A stretch of DNA of 47,878 bases, from positions 1-47,878 of the forward strand of contig JBAWYD010000003.1 of NCBI GenBank assembly GCA_037143735.1. The letters run 5' to 3'. This stretch comes from Deltaproteobacteria bacterium. Lineage in GTDB: Bacteria > Desulfobacterota > Syntrophia > Syntrophales > UBA2185. This document shows positions 20,571 to 31,569 of the stretch, in pieces (the stretch's first letter is position 1; every line of letters begins with the position of its first letter). A program made the translations under genes and the position numbers. Below the pieces are notes generated by a model. The model was not told the DNA's origin. It was given only the letters and a program-made list of their open reading frames with translations, and made no database searches.

Positions 20571-21704
20571 TTACCGATACATTAGGTCCATCATATCAAG
20601 CATGGGCCCGACCGATTTTTTCTCGATGACCCTGACCGGTGCATGATCATCTCCGCCGATGGTCTGCAAAAAGGTTCCCAGTGCCGCCCTGTCGGGGCAA
20701 CAGCCGGAGCCACCATAGGTGGTGCAGGCGAAGGAAGCCCATATTTCCGCCTCGGTCATTGCCTTATGGAAATCATCAAAGGTGAAAACCTCTTTCCCGT
20801 TGAGCTGAGAAGTCAGACCGGCGGCAAAGGCATCGCCCGCCCCCGTGGGATCCATCACCCTGTCGGGAGGAAGAAGGGGCAGACAATAGATAAGGCCGTC
20901 CCTGCCATCTCCGTAAGTGCCAAGGGCGCCGAACCGATCCATAGTGATAATGCCGTTCATCCGCCTGTCAGTGAACCATTCGACAATCTCCCGTAGAGAA
21001 GGGAATCGTTTTTCTTTTTTCATCAGGTTTTTGAACTCCCACACGTTCATCTGGATAACTGCCGCCTGTCGGAAGGATTCTTCCCAGAACCCGATGCCCA
21101 GTTCGATCTGACTGTGGCCAAGATTGAGAAATACGGGCGCTTTCCCCTGCCAGCGTTCGATGATATAGCGGGTGCACTCACCGGGTACGTGGGGATCACC
21201 GTTATTCTTGTCGCTATAGATATGACCGATCATGACGGCTCCCGGTGTGATCCCGAGGCGGCATTCAATATCGTGGAAGCGTTTTTCAAGATAGCGCCGG
21301 AAGTCCTTTCCCTCGGCGAATTTTTCAGAAAAGACCGTCGTCTGCGATTGGTTAATCAGGATTGTGGAACGGGGGGTTCTAACATTGGGCACAAAGAATT
21401 GACGAGGCGTCAAAAACTTTTCTAATTGGGGGAAAAAAGCGATTTTTTCGGCAGCGGCGGCAATGTTCTGCCGAATCAATTTACCCAGGGAGTCATTGCC
21501 GATGGGAAGGATGGGCAAGACTTCCATGCCGACTGCCAGGAGTCTGAGTGTGTAGTTCAAGCCGCTCCCCCCCAGACTTTCTTCCTGCTGAACGACATGT
21601 TTGCCGCCCAACTGCAGCACGCCGTCGCAACGGAGGATCCTTTCAAAGGCACCACTGCCGATGGCGACAATGGGCGACCGGTTTTTCCTGGATACTGGCA
21701 TCAT
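20571..21704 (-). CDS. PfkB/ribokinase-family carbohydrate kinase
   Basis: GGSGLN, IGNDSLG, NxxE (NVWE), DPTGAGDAF. Confidence 0.85.
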   Translation of the reverse strand: MMPVSRKNRSPIVAIGSGAFERILRCDGVLQLGGKHVVQQEESLGGSGLNYTLRLLAVGMEVLPILPIGNDSLGKLIRQNIAAAAEKIAFFPQLEKFLTPRQFFVPNVRTPRSTILINQSQTTVFSEKFAEGKDFRRYLEKRFHDIECRLGITPGAVMIGHIYSDKNNGDPHVPGECTRYIIERWQGKAPVFLNLGHSQIELGIGFWEESFRQAAVIQMNVWEFKNLMKKEKRFPSLREIVEWFTDRRMNGIITMDRFGALGTYGDGRDGLIYCLPLLPPDRVMDPTGAGDAFAAGLTSQLNGKEVFTFDDFHKAMTEAEIWASFACTTYGGSGCCPDRAALGTFLQTIGGDDHAPVRVIEKKSVGPMLDMMDLMYR

Positions 21705-21726
21705 TTTCCTGTTACTTGAAGTTTCC

Positions 21727-23076
21727 TTATCCGACCGTTTTTTTTACCACTTCCGCCACCTGCCGGCAATATCTCTCCGTTTCCTCGACCGTCGGTCCTT
21801 CCACCATGACCCGGCACATGTTCTGTGTTCCCGAGTAGCGCACCAGGATCCTCCCCTTTTCACCGAGGGCGTATTCCACGGCCTTGATGGCCTTAACAAT
21901 CTCCGGAACCGTATCGATGTCAGGTTTGGACGTTACATCGATGTTGATCAGTTTCTGGGGGAAGACGGTCATGATCTTTGCCAGTTCCGAGAGAGGCTTT
22001 TTCTCCTCCAGCATGGCGATCAGGACCTGGATGGCTGTCAGAATACCGTCGCCCGTGGTGTGTTCCTGAAGGAAGATCAGGTGCCCCGAATCTTCGCCTC
22101 CGATGGACGCCCCCCGTGCCCTCATTTCTTCGAGGACATAGCGGTCTCCCACCTTGGTAGCGATCATGTCGATTCCCAGGGACCTGAGTGCCTGACCAAG
22201 GCCGAGGTTGCTCATCACTGTTGCGACGACCAGATTGTTGGTCAGCTTTCCTTTTTGCTTCATAACCTTGGCGCAGACAGCCATGATCTGGTCCCCCGTC
22301 AGGACATTTCCCTTTTCATCCACAGCGATGAGGCGGTCCCCATCGCCATCGAAGGCAAAACCAACGTCGGCTTTTCTTTTTATCAATTTTTCCACCAGCA
22401 TTTCGGTGTGTTGGGAACCGCAACGGTCATTGATGTTTGATCCATTCGGCTGGTCAAAACGCGCCGTGACCTCCGCTCCAAGCTCCAAGAAGGTCTGGGG
22501 GGCGACGCGATAAGTGGCGCCGTTGGCGCAATCCAGCTCTATCTTCATCCCCTCCAGGGTCAATTCCTTGGGAAAGGTGCTCTTCAGAAAGACGATATAG
22601 CGGTCCCTGGCCCCTTCGATGCGGTAGGCTTTTCCCAATTCATCCGAGGAAGGTTTGAGGGTATACATGACATTTTTAAGGACCAGCTCTTCGATTTCCA
22701 GTTCTGTATCGTCGGGAAGTTTGTAACCTTCATTCGAAAAAATCTTGATGCCGTTGTCCTGGTAGGGATTGTGAGAAGCCGAGATGACAATGCCCGCGTC
22801 GGCCCTCATGCTCTGGGTGAGAAAGGCGATCCCCGGCGTGGGCATGACCCCGACCATGATGGCGTCTACGCCCATGGAGCATATGCCGGAAACCAGAGCG
22901 TTTTCGAGCATGTAGCCGGATATCCGCGTGTCTTTTCCGATGATGATTTTAGGACGGTGTCCCTTACGCTTGAAATGATGTGCTGTCGCCTTGCCGACAT
23001 TCAGAGCAAAATCAGCCGTCATGGGGTATTCATTGGCTAACCCCCTGATTCCATCCGTTCCAAATAGTTTTCCCAT
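21727..23076 (-). CDS. glmM: Phosphoglucosamine mutase
   Basis: FGTDGIRG, GKDTRISG, ISASHNP, DGDGDR, VGDRYV, RYSGTQ. Confidence 0.97.
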   Translation of the reverse strand: MGKLFGTDGIRGLANEYPMTADFALNVGKATAHHFKRKGHRPKIIIGKDTRISGYMLENALVSGICSMGVDAIMVGVMPTPGIAFLTQSMRADAGIVISASHNPYQDNGIKIFSNEGYKLPDDTELEIEELVLKNVMYTLKPSSDELGKAYRIEGARDRYIVFLKSTFPKELTLEGMKIELDCANGATYRVAPQTFLELGAEVTARFDQPNGSNINDRCGSQHTEMLVEKLIKRKADVGFAFDGDGDRLIAVDEKGNVLTGDQIMAVCAKVMKQKGKLTNNLVVATVMSNLGLGQALRSLGIDMIATKVGDRYVLEEMRARGASIGGEDSGHLIFLQEHTTGDGILTAIQVLIAMLEEKKPLSELAKIMTVFPQKLINIDVTSKPDIDTVPEIVKAIKAVEYALGEKGRILVRYSGTQNMCRVMVEGPTVEETERYCRQVAEVVKKTVG

Positions 23077-23166
23077 AAACCGTCTCCTGTGCCCAATGAT
23101 TAAAATCCGGCGTGCGTACTCTGCCCTGTTTTAAAGAGTCGATGGATTTATTTCGTTCTCTGCCAT

Positions 23167-24873
<1,707 letters not shown>

Positions 24874-27800
24874 CTATGGTTGGTCACTGTTTTTCTCAAG
24901 AAACTTTTTTATCCGGCCCGCAATGAACTCCGGAGGTTCACCCAGGAGAACGCCCGACGGGATGGCTTCCAGGTAACAGTCATCCCAGGGGAGATTGTAT
25001 TCATGAATGAGGTTCCGTATATCATTGAACTGATAGCCGAGGACCTCCTTTTTTTCTTTCACGGACAGGGATTCATTGAATTCCACGTGGATCAGGAGCA
25101 GCTTTCCGACACCGGCGCGATCACCCAGAAGGGGGATGATGACAATGGAAGCGCCGTCTAACTTCCCGCGGCCCACATAGACATGACCGGTGCTCACGAT
25201 GGATCGTTTGGTTCCCATGAGGAGGCTTGAGCCTTCCGTCCTCGATGTCATCGCAAGGGAAATGCCGCCCCTCTTTTCAATGGATATGGTCGAATCCTCC
25301 ACAGGATTTCCATAGGCGTCCAGATGATCAATGTCATAAACCGTATATCCATTGATCCTGGATATTGCGGGGTGGATCCTGTCGAGGGTCAGAATATTTT
25401 TCGCTACCAGGGACTTTACGGAAAATTCAAGTTCCCTGAAAAGATCAAAAACAATGCCTCTGAGCGGCTGTTCCTTTCTGCTCGTTCCCACCGTCACTGT
25501 CTTGGCCTGATGTCTGATGGCATCGATTGGTCTGGAGAGTTCGTCGATGGCATGACCGAGGGATATATCAAGGAGGTCGATGGGAGAGGTGAACCCGTTT
25601 TCTGTTTTAAAATCATGCCAGAAGTCATCGAGAGGCAGTTTTCCAGAAGCATACTTCAAAAGGAGAACCATGTCGGAAACAGTCTTCATCGTTGCCAGGG
25701 AGAAGCAATCGTTGATCATATGTTGATGGAACTTTATGGAGAAATCTCCGACCATTCGCTTGAAGCGCCTGTCTGCAATTCTTTCGTAGATGGAATATTT
25801 TTTCCTGTCATGTTCCATCATTTTCCGATTGAGACGACTTCTGAATGCGCGAAGGATTGAGGCGTCTCCGTCAATGCTGCTGGCGGCATAATAACTCCAG
25901 AGGTGTCCCGCCAGCGTGTTGAGAATAACCGGCAGGGGCATGGGCGCTCCGGGAATCCCGATGACCGCATCGGCGATGTTGTTGAACCGCTCTTCGCCCT
26001 CGTCGGCGAAAACAATGACGCCCGCTTTGTGGGCTTTAAAGATGGCCACGTCCTTGACAATGTCGGATATGACCGTTTCCGGATTTCCCGCCGCGCAGAC
26101 AATGATCAGGGGTTCCGCGGACAGGTCGATATGTTTCTTGTTTTCGATGATATCGGAGGATATGGTTTTGTAACACAGTTCACTGGCTTTAATCCTGATT
26201 TCATCCGCCGCCGCCTTGTTCGGTCCGCTTCCCACGATAGCCCAGTATCTCCTCTGTTTGGCCATTTGCGCGGCGGATTGTTTGATGTCATCCCGTTTTT
26301 CCAGGAGCCTTTCCATCATGCGAGGCGCCTGTTCCAGATTGTGAAGTTCCCCCGCAATGAAATCGTCGGAGGCCGTTTTGAGGATTTGGGCAATACACAG
26401 CGCCAGGATATGTCCGGCAACGATCTGGGAGTAGAATGCCTTGGTCGAGGCGACGGACATCTCAATATCTCTCCCGTCGCTCGTGTAAAAGACGCCGTTT
26501 GCCTTGCTTGTAATATCGGACTGTCTCCTGTTGACGACGGCGATAACGGTGGCGCCCCTCTCTGCCGACATGGCAACAGCGCGGTTTGTATCCGTCGTCG
26601 TTCCCGATTGGGTGATGGGAATAACCAGTGTGTCTTTCAGATCGTCCTCGAGGGCGAAACCGCTCAGTTCGGAGGCCACTTTCGCCTCGATACGGATTCG
26701 GGAGTCTTTTAAATACCGGGCAAAACCATCGGCGACGGCCATGCCGGCAACGGCGGCAGTGCCGTGACCGATGACCAGTATCCGCCGTATTTCACCCTCC
26801 ACGAGGGACTTTCTGAACTTTTCCGGTATGATATCGTGGCCTAAATTGAAGGAAACAGCGTACCCCCCCTCCGCGTTTACGGAAATGCGATACTTGCCTC
26901 TCAGGGTTTTCCTGACGGAAAGCATTGATTCGTGTATTTCCTTCATAAAGAAATGGGGGTAGTTCCCCCGGTCGATGTCGCGGGTCGTGATTTCCGCCCT
27001 GTGAATGTCATCTGTTCCGACAATTACGGGGGTTCCGTCATAACAGAGAACCGTTATCCCTGAAACGCCTCCCTGTGAATCTTCGTCGATAACGAATATC
27101 CGGCCTGTCGATTCATGCTTCTCGGGATCGGACGGCTTTTCTCCATCCATCCTGAGGAAAAAAGGAGTGGCTTCCACGATGCCGTAAAGCTCCGAGGCAA
27201 AAACGTATTGATCGGGGGCCAGCCCGACGTAGATGGACTGTCCGCTTCCCTTAAGGGCAAGAAAGGCCTTCCCCGGTTCGGCATTGCTGACCATGGCGAC
27301 GGCGTGAGAACCTTCGAAATCCGAAACGGCCATTCTGAACGCCTCCGTGAGATCGTGGCCTTCAAGGAGATATTGCTCGATTTGCAGGGGGATGATCTTC
27401 GTATCCGTCGTGATATCCGGCGCGATGAAAACCCCATTACCATCCAGATCGTTTCGAAGGCTTTGATAGTTGTCCACATCCCCATTCAGAACCACGCTGA
27501 TGAACCAGTTTCCCTCACCGTAATGGGGATAGTTTTTCATCGTGTTCCCGCTTACTGTATAATTGTTGACGGGATGGCTGTTTTCATCAGTAATGGAGCC
27601 GACAGAAGCCCAGCGCGTATGGCCTATGGATATCTGGGAAACTGTCTCGACCCTGGAAAATTCCCGAAAGACGCCATCCCCGGCAATGTCCTTCCTCAGC
27701 GCCCTTACATTCTGACCCAGTTCGCCGATGATGGAAGATATTTTATACACGAAAGACAGGGTATGTTTTCCGTCGCGGGGCGATGATGCAAAAAGAATGG

Positions 27801-28644
27801 AGCCGTTGATCAGATCTCCGGGACGGACTCTCTTCTGAAATTCATCATACAGACCTTTCTCCTGAAGGATTTTCATGGTTGATTCGAGAGCCACGTCGTC
27901 ATGCATGGTAAAGGATATCTGAATCCCGGCGGAATCTCTTCCCCGGACTTCGAGCCGGTCTATGTTGTTCAGGAGAAAATTGAGTTTTTTGTATTTTTTC
28001 AGTGTTTCAGTTGTGATGCTATCGGTTTGATCCAAACCCGAAAGCTGCATGATTTTTCCGACATTTTCGAGAATATCTTTCTCGATGCTCCAGATGATGT
28101 CCTTTATGAGGATGTGCCTGCTGTTGATGGTTTCCATATCGACTGTGGAGAAACTGCCGGCATTTTCTTCAAGGAGTTTTTCTTCCTCCGAAAAAAAACC
28201 CTTCATGTCTGCCGAAAGATCGGAGAGTTCCGCCGCTTTTCCCGCATCGAAAAAGATCTGCTGAAAGGGGATGTCTTCCTTGAGACGGAGGACGGTTTCC
28301 CCCATTTCTTCCAAGCCCTTCGCGCCATCCAGATAGTGACGGGAAGAGATCGTGCCGGTGAGCAATCGCGCGATGTTTTTCTGTCTCACTGCCTGAAACC
28401 GCCGGATCAGTTGATGAACAGGATCGAACGCGGCCGGCGCACTGTCCCTCTTGACGGCAATAACACCGGCAAAACCACAGAAAAGCACATCGGGCTGAAA
28501 GGGAAAAAGAATCACGGAACAGGCAGGGGCTTTACGGACATCGATCCCTGCATAGATCTTCCATTTTTTCAGAAAATGTATCGTGTTGACGAAATATGTT
28601 CGGAACTCAGCAAACATTTTTTTCCTGTGGCGCCTTTTCTTCAT
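24874..28644 (-). CDS. glmS: Greatly enlarged glutamine--fructose-6-phosphate aminotransferase (GlmS-like, 1256 aa)
   Basis: CGFAG at residue 56, RLEVRGRDSAG, GHTRWAS, NSHP, LNGDVDNY, TDT. SIS motifs TQSGTTTDT, VASTKAF, EIRIKASE, KKH, AKTVTVG. Lies between a glmU-like gene and pyrG/glmM. Confidence 0.82.
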   Translation of the reverse strand: MKKRRHRKKMFAEFRTYFVNTIHFLKKWKIYAGIDVRKAPACSVILFPFQPDVLFCGFAGVIAVKRDSAPAAFDPVHQLIRRFQAVRQKNIARLLTGTISSRHYLDGAKGLEEMGETVLRLKEDIPFQQIFFDAGKAAELSDLSADMKGFFSEEEKLLEENAGSFSTVDMETINSRHILIKDIIWSIEKDILENVGKIMQLSGLDQTDSITTETLKKYKKLNFLLNNIDRLEVRGRDSAGIQISFTMHDDVALESTMKILQEKGLYDEFQKRVRPGDLINGSILFASSPRDGKHTLSFVYKISSIIGELGQNVRALRKDIAGDGVFREFSRVETVSQISIGHTRWASVGSITDENSHPVNNYTVSGNTMKNYPHYGEGNWFISVVLNGDVDNYQSLRNDLDGNGVFIAPDITTDTKIIPLQIEQYLLEGHDLTEAFRMAVSDFEGSHAVAMVSNAEPGKAFLALKGSGQSIYVGLAPDQYVFASELYGIVEATPFFLRMDGEKPSDPEKHESTGRIFVIDEDSQGGVSGITVLCYDGTPVIVGTDDIHRAEITTRDIDRGNYPHFFMKEIHESMLSVRKTLRGKYRISVNAEGGYAVSFNLGHDIIPEKFRKSLVEGEIRRILVIGHGTAAVAGMAVADGFARYLKDSRIRIEAKVASELSGFALEDDLKDTLVIPITQSGTTTDTNRAVAMSAERGATVIAVVNRRQSDITSKANGVFYTSDGRDIEMSVASTKAFYSQIVAGHILALCIAQILKTASDDFIAGELHNLEQAPRMMERLLEKRDDIKQSAAQMAKQRRYWAIVGSGPNKAAADEIRIKASELCYKTISSDIIENKKHIDLSAEPLIIVCAAGNPETVISDIVKDVAIFKAHKAGVIVFADEGEERFNNIADAVIGIPGAPMPLPVILNTLAGHLWSYYAASSIDGDASILRAFRSRLNRKMMEHDRKKYSIYERIADRRFKRMVGDFSIKFHQHMINDCFSLATMKTVSDMVLLLKYASGKLPLDDFWHDFKTENGFTSPIDLLDISLGHAIDELSRPIDAIRHQAKTVTVGTSRKEQPLRGIVFDLFRELEFSVKSLVAKNILTLDRIHPAISRINGYTVYDIDHLDAYGNPVEDSTISIEKRGGISLAMTSRTEGSSLLMGTKRSIVSTGHVYVGRGKLDGASIVIIPLLGDRAGVGKLLLIHVEFNESLSVKEKKEVLGYQFNDIRNLIHEYNLPWDDCYLEAIPSGVLLGEPPEFIAGRIKKFLEKNSDQP

Positions 28645-29903
28645 TAAAACCTGAAGGATGGCAAATGGCTCAGAGAAGAGCCAGTGATGCCGTCAACAAT
28701 GTTCTGTAACCATTGTGTTCCGATGATTGATTCCCCTTTGTCCAGACTTTTAATGACCTGCAGATAGTTCTTCTCGCCCCTGTTGATGTTATGGTGAATT
28801 ATTCCTGTGAAATCATCGCGGTTTTTTTGATCGATCCTTGTTTCATGCCCGCTTTTGAAGCAGGTTTCAATTCCCGGCCAGTTTTCAAGAAATTCCTTTT
28901 CCTGTTTGAGGACGGTCTTTTTATATCGTATTTTTTCTCCCTGGGCTATGGACGCTTCCATTTTTTCGGAAAGGGCCCGAAAGCGGTTTATTCTTTCCCC
29001 GATCATGCTTTCGAGGGCGTCCATCATTCCCATGTACAATCCTTCTCCCATATCCTGAAGCCGGAAAAAAGGCTGCCGGATGTGAATATACCATTCTCTG
29101 AGAGCCAGAAGATTGGCAAGATAGGAGATGTTGTTATAGACCCGTCGGGTGACGTCCCCGTAAAAGCCCGTATGAAAGGTCTTGTCTCTTGCCGCATCGT
29201 TTTTTTCGATTAACAGTTTGCCGCCTTCCGGACAATCTTTGCGATAAACCGTTCCGGCCGCGATGACTGTTCCATACCCGATTCTGACGGGGCCGACGAG
29301 CCCCCCCTGACCTCCCAAAAAAATGGGAGACTGGTTGAGCATCACTCCTCCGGGCACATCACCGACGAGAGATGGCGTTGCCTTATCCTGATTCGGGGTA
29401 TAGTTGAAATGGATATAGGAGCTGCCAACTTCACTGTGATCTTTTCTGCTTGTGCCTCCCGCCATAAAACAGTCGCAAAAATTAATCAGGCTGCCCAGGG
29501 TGACAAAGGGGAAAAGGAGGGTTTGCTTCAATCCGACTGTATGAGCCGCGTTCGCTTGTTCTTCCAGGATGCATCCTTCCCGGACAAGGGCGCCGCTTGA
29601 CAGACTGGATCCTTCAAGGAAGACGGAGGATTTAAAAAAGCCGCCCTTCAATTCCACACGGGGTCCGAGCTGGCAATCAACGACAGTAACCGGTGATTCC
29701 TGGCCCAATCTTGACCCTTTGGAAATCAATGTTTTTTTACCATATATCCTGGTTCCTGAATGGATGATAACATCCTCACCGGAAATCCTGTCGGGATCAA
29801 CCTCATTTCCTATTTCAATAGAAAGGGGGTTGTGAATCCTCACGCCTTTGGCCATGAGTTGCCTGATATTTTCGGATAATCCGGTTGTATTTTCTTTTAT
29901 CAC
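28644..29903 (-). CDS. GlmU-like left-handed beta-helix (acetyltransferase-type) protein lacking the uridylyltransferase domain
   Basis: Begins LMAKGVRIHNP, like the start of the GlmU C-terminal domain. Hexapeptide-like repeats, HFNY, GPVRIGYGTVIAAGT. No LAAGxGTRM motif. Its stop overlaps the glmS-like start (TAATG). Confidence 0.7.
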   Translation of the reverse strand: MIKENTTGLSENIRQLMAKGVRIHNPLSIEIGNEVDPDRISGEDVIIHSGTRIYGKKTLISKGSRLGQESPVTVVDCQLGPRVELKGGFFKSSVFLEGSSLSSGALVREGCILEEQANAAHTVGLKQTLLFPFVTLGSLINFCDCFMAGGTSRKDHSEVGSSYIHFNYTPNQDKATPSLVGDVPGGVMLNQSPIFLGGQGGLVGPVRIGYGTVIAAGTVYRKDCPEGGKLLIEKNDAARDKTFHTGFYGDVTRRVYNNISYLANLLALREWYIHIRQPFFRLQDMGEGLYMGMMDALESMIGERINRFRALSEKMEASIAQGEKIRYKKTVLKQEKEFLENWPGIETCFKSGHETRIDQKNRDDFTGIIHHNINRGEKNYLQVIKSLDKGESIIGTQWLQNIVDGITGSSLSHLPSFRF

Positions 29904-29915
29904 TTCATTTCCTTA

Positions 29916-30227
29916 CTATTTCCCTTGCCGGGATGCTTCACACTGAATACTCATTTTGACCAATTTATTCTGGAAGGTATTTCTATTGATCCCAAGATAT
30001 GTAGCTGCGGAGCTTTTCACATTGTTGGAACGCTTCAGGGCGATCCTGAAAAGACTCCTTTCAACCATGGCCATCACTTCTTCATGGAGCCTGCTTTTCT
30101 CTTTCACGGCAGCGCACAGGATGGTGGCAATATCTTCGAGTTTTTTTTCGATTATGTCTTCCACAGAAGAAGGAAGTAACACTTGAATGTCTTTCTCTCC
30201 AACTATTCCAAGCTTCCTGGGATTCAT
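29916..30227 (-). CDS. Small Fis-family helix-turn-helix protein
   Basis: VERSLFRIALKRSNNVKSSAATYLGINRNTF, a Fis-type HTH. Confidence 0.8.
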   Translation of the reverse strand: MNPRKLGIVGEKDIQVLLPSSVEDIIEKKLEDIATILCAAVKEKSRLHEEVMAMVERSLFRIALKRSNNVKSSAATYLGINRNTFQNKLVKMSIQCEASRQGK

Positions 30228-30270
30228 AATAGACCTGGTTCCTTTCTTGTGTAAAATGTAATAAATCGTT

Positions 30271-30795
30271 TTACGAAGTTATGATTTTGAAGACTATAAT
30301 GGCAACGAGAACCGCCGCTGCAAACCATGTCGAGATGATATCGGATATTTTTTTGACAGGATGTTCAATCTGGTTCCGGACCTCGTCGTCGGTTCTTTCC
30401 CTCTCTACATGATCGGCGATCTCCCGGAGAAGTCCGGGAAATTCACCGTAGGCATTGGTCAGGATCTGGAACCCCTTCGTGGTAGTCAACAGAAGGTACA
30501 CCCGATTCCGCATAACAACCGTTCCCACCTGGGTAATATCTTCCCAGAGAAGTTTCTTATCCCTGAGAAATTTTCTTATGAGAATGCCCTGATCACCCGT
30601 TAAAACCTTCCGGGATAAAGATTCAAGAAAAACAAGGAGGGCGGTTATGAAAATCACGGCAAGAACAAGCCTTTCAAGGGAGGAACCTTTGAAAAAAAGA
30701 GACAGGAGCAGGAGGAGGCATAAAAGGACCACATCAACGAAAAAGGCAACGAGAAACGCCTTTTTTATTTTGAAGGTTTTTCGATACATATACAC
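30271..30795 (-). CDS. Hypothetical membrane protein (two N-terminal TM helices, PH-like soluble region, C-terminal TM helix)
   Basis: Hydrophobicity pattern; sits co-directionally between moaC and the Fis-like gene. Confidence 0.6.
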   Translation of the reverse strand: MYMYRKTFKIKKAFLVAFFVDVVLLCLLLLLSLFFKGSSLERLVLAVIFITALLVFLESLSRKVLTGDQGILIRKFLRDKKLLWEDITQVGTVVMRNRVYLLLTTTKGFQILTNAYGEFPGLLREIADHVERERTDDEVRNQIEHPVKKISDIISTWFAAAVLVAIIVFKIITS

Positions 30796-30806
30796 GATTG
30801 GTTGTT

Positions 30807-31286
30807 TTATTCTTCCCTGGTGAAAGCGCCGCTCTTGCCGCCGCGTTTGGAGATCAATTTAATGTCTGACAGGGTGATATTTTTATCGGCGGATTTGCAC
30901 ATATCATAAATCGTCAGGGCCGCTACACTGACAGCCGTCATCGCTTCCATTTCCACGCCGGTTCTTCCCACTGTTTTTACGACGGCTTCAATGATAATCT
31001 CCCCCGATTCATCGTTTGTCCTGAAATGAATGTCAATGCCTGTCAACTCAAGGGGATGACACATGGGAATCATGTCGCTTGTTTTTTTTGCTGCCATGAT
31101 TCCTGCAATCCTTGCAACACCGAAAACATCTCCCTTGGATATTTTCCCTCCTGTAACGAGAGCGAGAGTGTCCCGGTGCATCACGACCTTTCCCCGGGCG
31201 AGGGCTTCCCGTACGGATGGTTCTTTTACCGTAACATCGACCATCCGTGCTTTGCCTTTATCATCAAGGTGGGATAATGTTGACAT
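30807..31286 (-). CDS. moaC: Cyclic pyranopterin monophosphate synthase
   Basis: LSHLDDKGKARMVDV, AGIMAAKKT, IPMCHP, TGVEMEA, TIYDMCK, KRGGKSG. Confidence 0.97.
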   Translation of the reverse strand: MSTLSHLDDKGKARMVDVTVKEPSVREALARGKVVMHRDTLALVTGGKISKGDVFGVARIAGIMAAKKTSDMIPMCHPLELTGIDIHFRTNDESGEIIIEAVVKTVGRTGVEMEAMTAVSVAALTIYDMCKSADKNITLSDIKLISKRGGKSGAFTREE

Positions 31287-31569
31287 ATATGCGCTTGTCC
31301 CTACTATGAGGTATACTCTGATGCAGGGAAATTATCATAGCCCATCCCCCCAGTCAAGAAGGTTAAAAATATATTTTTTAAAAAGATTTATCTTGATATA
31401 AAGGTTCTGATTCTATAATACTTTTCGCTATTCATATCGATGACGTTTCAGTAATCGGATAACGTTGACCGCTATGTAGCGTTTTGAAAATTTCGTAAAG
31501 ATCCACCTTGATAACAGGTTGTTCCTCTCTTCCATCCCTCGATGAGGAGAGATCTGCAGGGGGCGAAGA

